The notes under the pieces are model-generated. The model saw only the letters and a program-made list of their open reading frames with translations, ran no database searches and was not told the DNA's origin. From NCBI GenBank assembly GCA_964016885.1, contig OZ024745.1, positions 113,398,001-113,462,000 of the forward strand: 64,000 nt of DNA. Direction: 5' to 3'. The stretch is from Eledone cirrhosa (taxonomy: Eukaryota). Position numbers and translations under genes: made by a program. Position 1 is the first letter of the stretch, and each line of letters opens with the position of its first letter. Below are positions 61,841 to 64,000 of the stretch, piece by piece.

Positions 61841-61908
<68 letters not shown>

Positions 61909-61910
61909 TT
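61840..61910. repeat. (CTAT)n microsatellite
   Basis: Directly visible. Confidence 0.95.
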
Positions 61911-64000
61911 ATCTTTTTCTCAGCATGTATATATAAATACATATATATATAAGTTTAGGAATAACCAAAGAATGCTTAGAAATACATTGTTTTATTTGTT
62001 AACAGTGTTTCATCCATAGCCTAGGGCAGGAATCATCGGAGCCTATAAACAAAAGTATATCAAAGGTTTCAGGCTCCATCGAGCCTAGTCACCAGAACAA
62101 GGAAGAAGTTCAAGTAGGGGCACACAATACATGATACATATAATGTCATAAAAAAATTACATAATAAAAAATGACATCAAAGGTTTATCACATAAATGGT
62201 GCAATAGATAGTTGAGAGAGGAGAGCAAGAAATGAATGAGGGTGTTACTCAGCATGATCAAAAGACAAACCAAGCATAGATACATCAATTCACAAGCAGT
62301 GCAAGTACATGATTTACAGGCAGAGTATGAAAGCTTGTAAGCAGGAGTCAGTAACCATAAAAGTTGGTTAGCTATGGTGCAGCTTTACAGGCAGGATTGT
62401 TTATAGGAAAGATGGTGCACTCTAGTAGTATCGCCTTGTAACAGGTTGATTTCTCCATATCCGGCCACCACACTCTATCCATTGGTTCCAGTTCCAAGTA
62501 TTTCCAAATACACGCATAGAGGATCTCTCCACAGAGGCAGTCTGCAACAAACACCTTAAATCCAAAACAGAATACAATGAAGTGAGGTAAAGCAGTGTAC
62601 ATGCACTGCTGGCACTCCAATGAAGGAAGTGGAAATAAAACGGGTCCACAATATCTGCTATCTCTCACAGTCTTCACGTTCGGTTATGCAACCCAACATC
62701 CCACGTGAAATACACTGTATGGCCTAGTCGTCATCGGTGATACCATATGTAAATATACTACAGTAAATGCTATTGGTAATGGCTAGTTAGTCTCGTAGAC
62801 AGAAAGCGTGTATAGAAAACTCCGCCTATGGAATTACCTAGGGCAGAGTGAAGGAAAAGAAGTTATGGTTAGGTTAATAGGCGAGCCTATTAGAATAAGT
62901 GTAAATTTCTTCTGTGTACAAGTACTGCAGAAGATATAGTAAACTCACGGCTAGAACTATCGATGACAACAATGTTGTTTACATGTCCACCACGTGGTTT
63001 TCGTGTAGATCACTGAATCTGGAGGTTGTAATCCTTTCACAGTCGGGTATAACCCCTCCTGGGTCGGCTGGAAGTCAATATCAACTGTCGCACTTTGCCT
63101 TTAATGTGGTTTTATAATTTATTAAATTTTCAGCACAATTCATATTCCACAATTTCAATATTTACCTTCTCATTAGTAACTCCCAACGGTTGTCAAAATA
63201 CGAACGCAGGAAGTCGTTGTGCTCTTCTGGAAAGTATGGGAGGCAGCTCGCGTCATAAAGGGCGGATTCATTAGATATCCCCGGGACGCTTGGGGTAAAC
63301 CAGTTGTTCGATTCAAACCCTACCGGGGTTTGATCGATCATGTGGGACGTAGTTCACTCGATCTGCTCCCATTGTTCACTATATTATGTTTGATCCATCT
63401 ACCACGTTATGGTTAAGGCTATCTGGATCCAAGATGCCCAGGCCATCCGCCTTATAGCTGTGGCAGAGTATGTTGGGCTTTCGATACACTATTATGTTGT
63501 GCTATCAGTTAGCGCACAATGGGCATTTTTATAAACCTTATCCCATTGGTTAGTATGGGTAGGTGCCCGTATAGGGTCAAACTGTGCTGGGTGGAGTGAA
63601 AATGCCTTAAGTGGGTTGTACCATAAGGGTTATTGGCTTAAGGTAAAAAGATGATTAAGGTAAAGAAAAAAGTAAGACAGAATGAGAGAGAGAAAAGAGG
63701 ATAAGAACCAATATACGCTTGAAGGGCTCTAATTGATAGCCTTAACCATAACGTGGTAGATAGTCGACCCAGGAGGGGTTATACTCGACTGTGAAAGGCC
63801 GATTGTTTCTCTGTGTAATCAAAGTATCATCAGAGGTCAAATTATTCAAATCACTTGACATCAACTTATCTATAAAAATCATTTAAAATAACAACCAAGG
63901 AATACACAACACAATTTGAATATTACTGAAAGAAAATTATCTAAAATCAATAAAACAAATCTTGAGTAGAGATAACGTTCTCAGCTATAATACCATATTT

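Noticed and set aside
62372-62677. 101-aa and 75-aa non-repetitive ORFs
   Set aside because: No recognisable domain or splice context; left unassigned.

Overview
This is AT-rich, microsatellite-saturated non-coding eukaryotic DNA. The SINE families resemble those of octopod cephalopods (my recollection, not a database result). I can support no host protein-coding gene, and nearly all ORFs in the track are translations of (TA)n, (CA)n or (GA)n. The window is dominated by Penelope-like retroelements (PLEs). There are five GIY-YIG endonuclease remnants, including one young 5'-truncated element at about 28245-34565 with an open reading frame and a 1.4-kb inverted pseudo-LTR (pLTR). There are also many short non-coding PLE-tail derivatives sitting in (TA)n tracts. 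At least 8 sequence families carry type I hammerhead ribozymes (HHRs), about 20 full or partial motifs in all. Unusual HHR forms include a CAGANGA core conserved in five copies, stem II extended to 54 or 115 nt, a TATATATA stem III, and half-ribozyme palindromes that fold back at stem II. Also present are about 15 tRNA-derived SINEs, Helitron ends and composites, two Tc1/mariner-type MITEs, and RLE-type non-LTR fragments. Coordinates were read by eye: ribozyme motifs are good to a few nt and element boundaries to about 20 nt.
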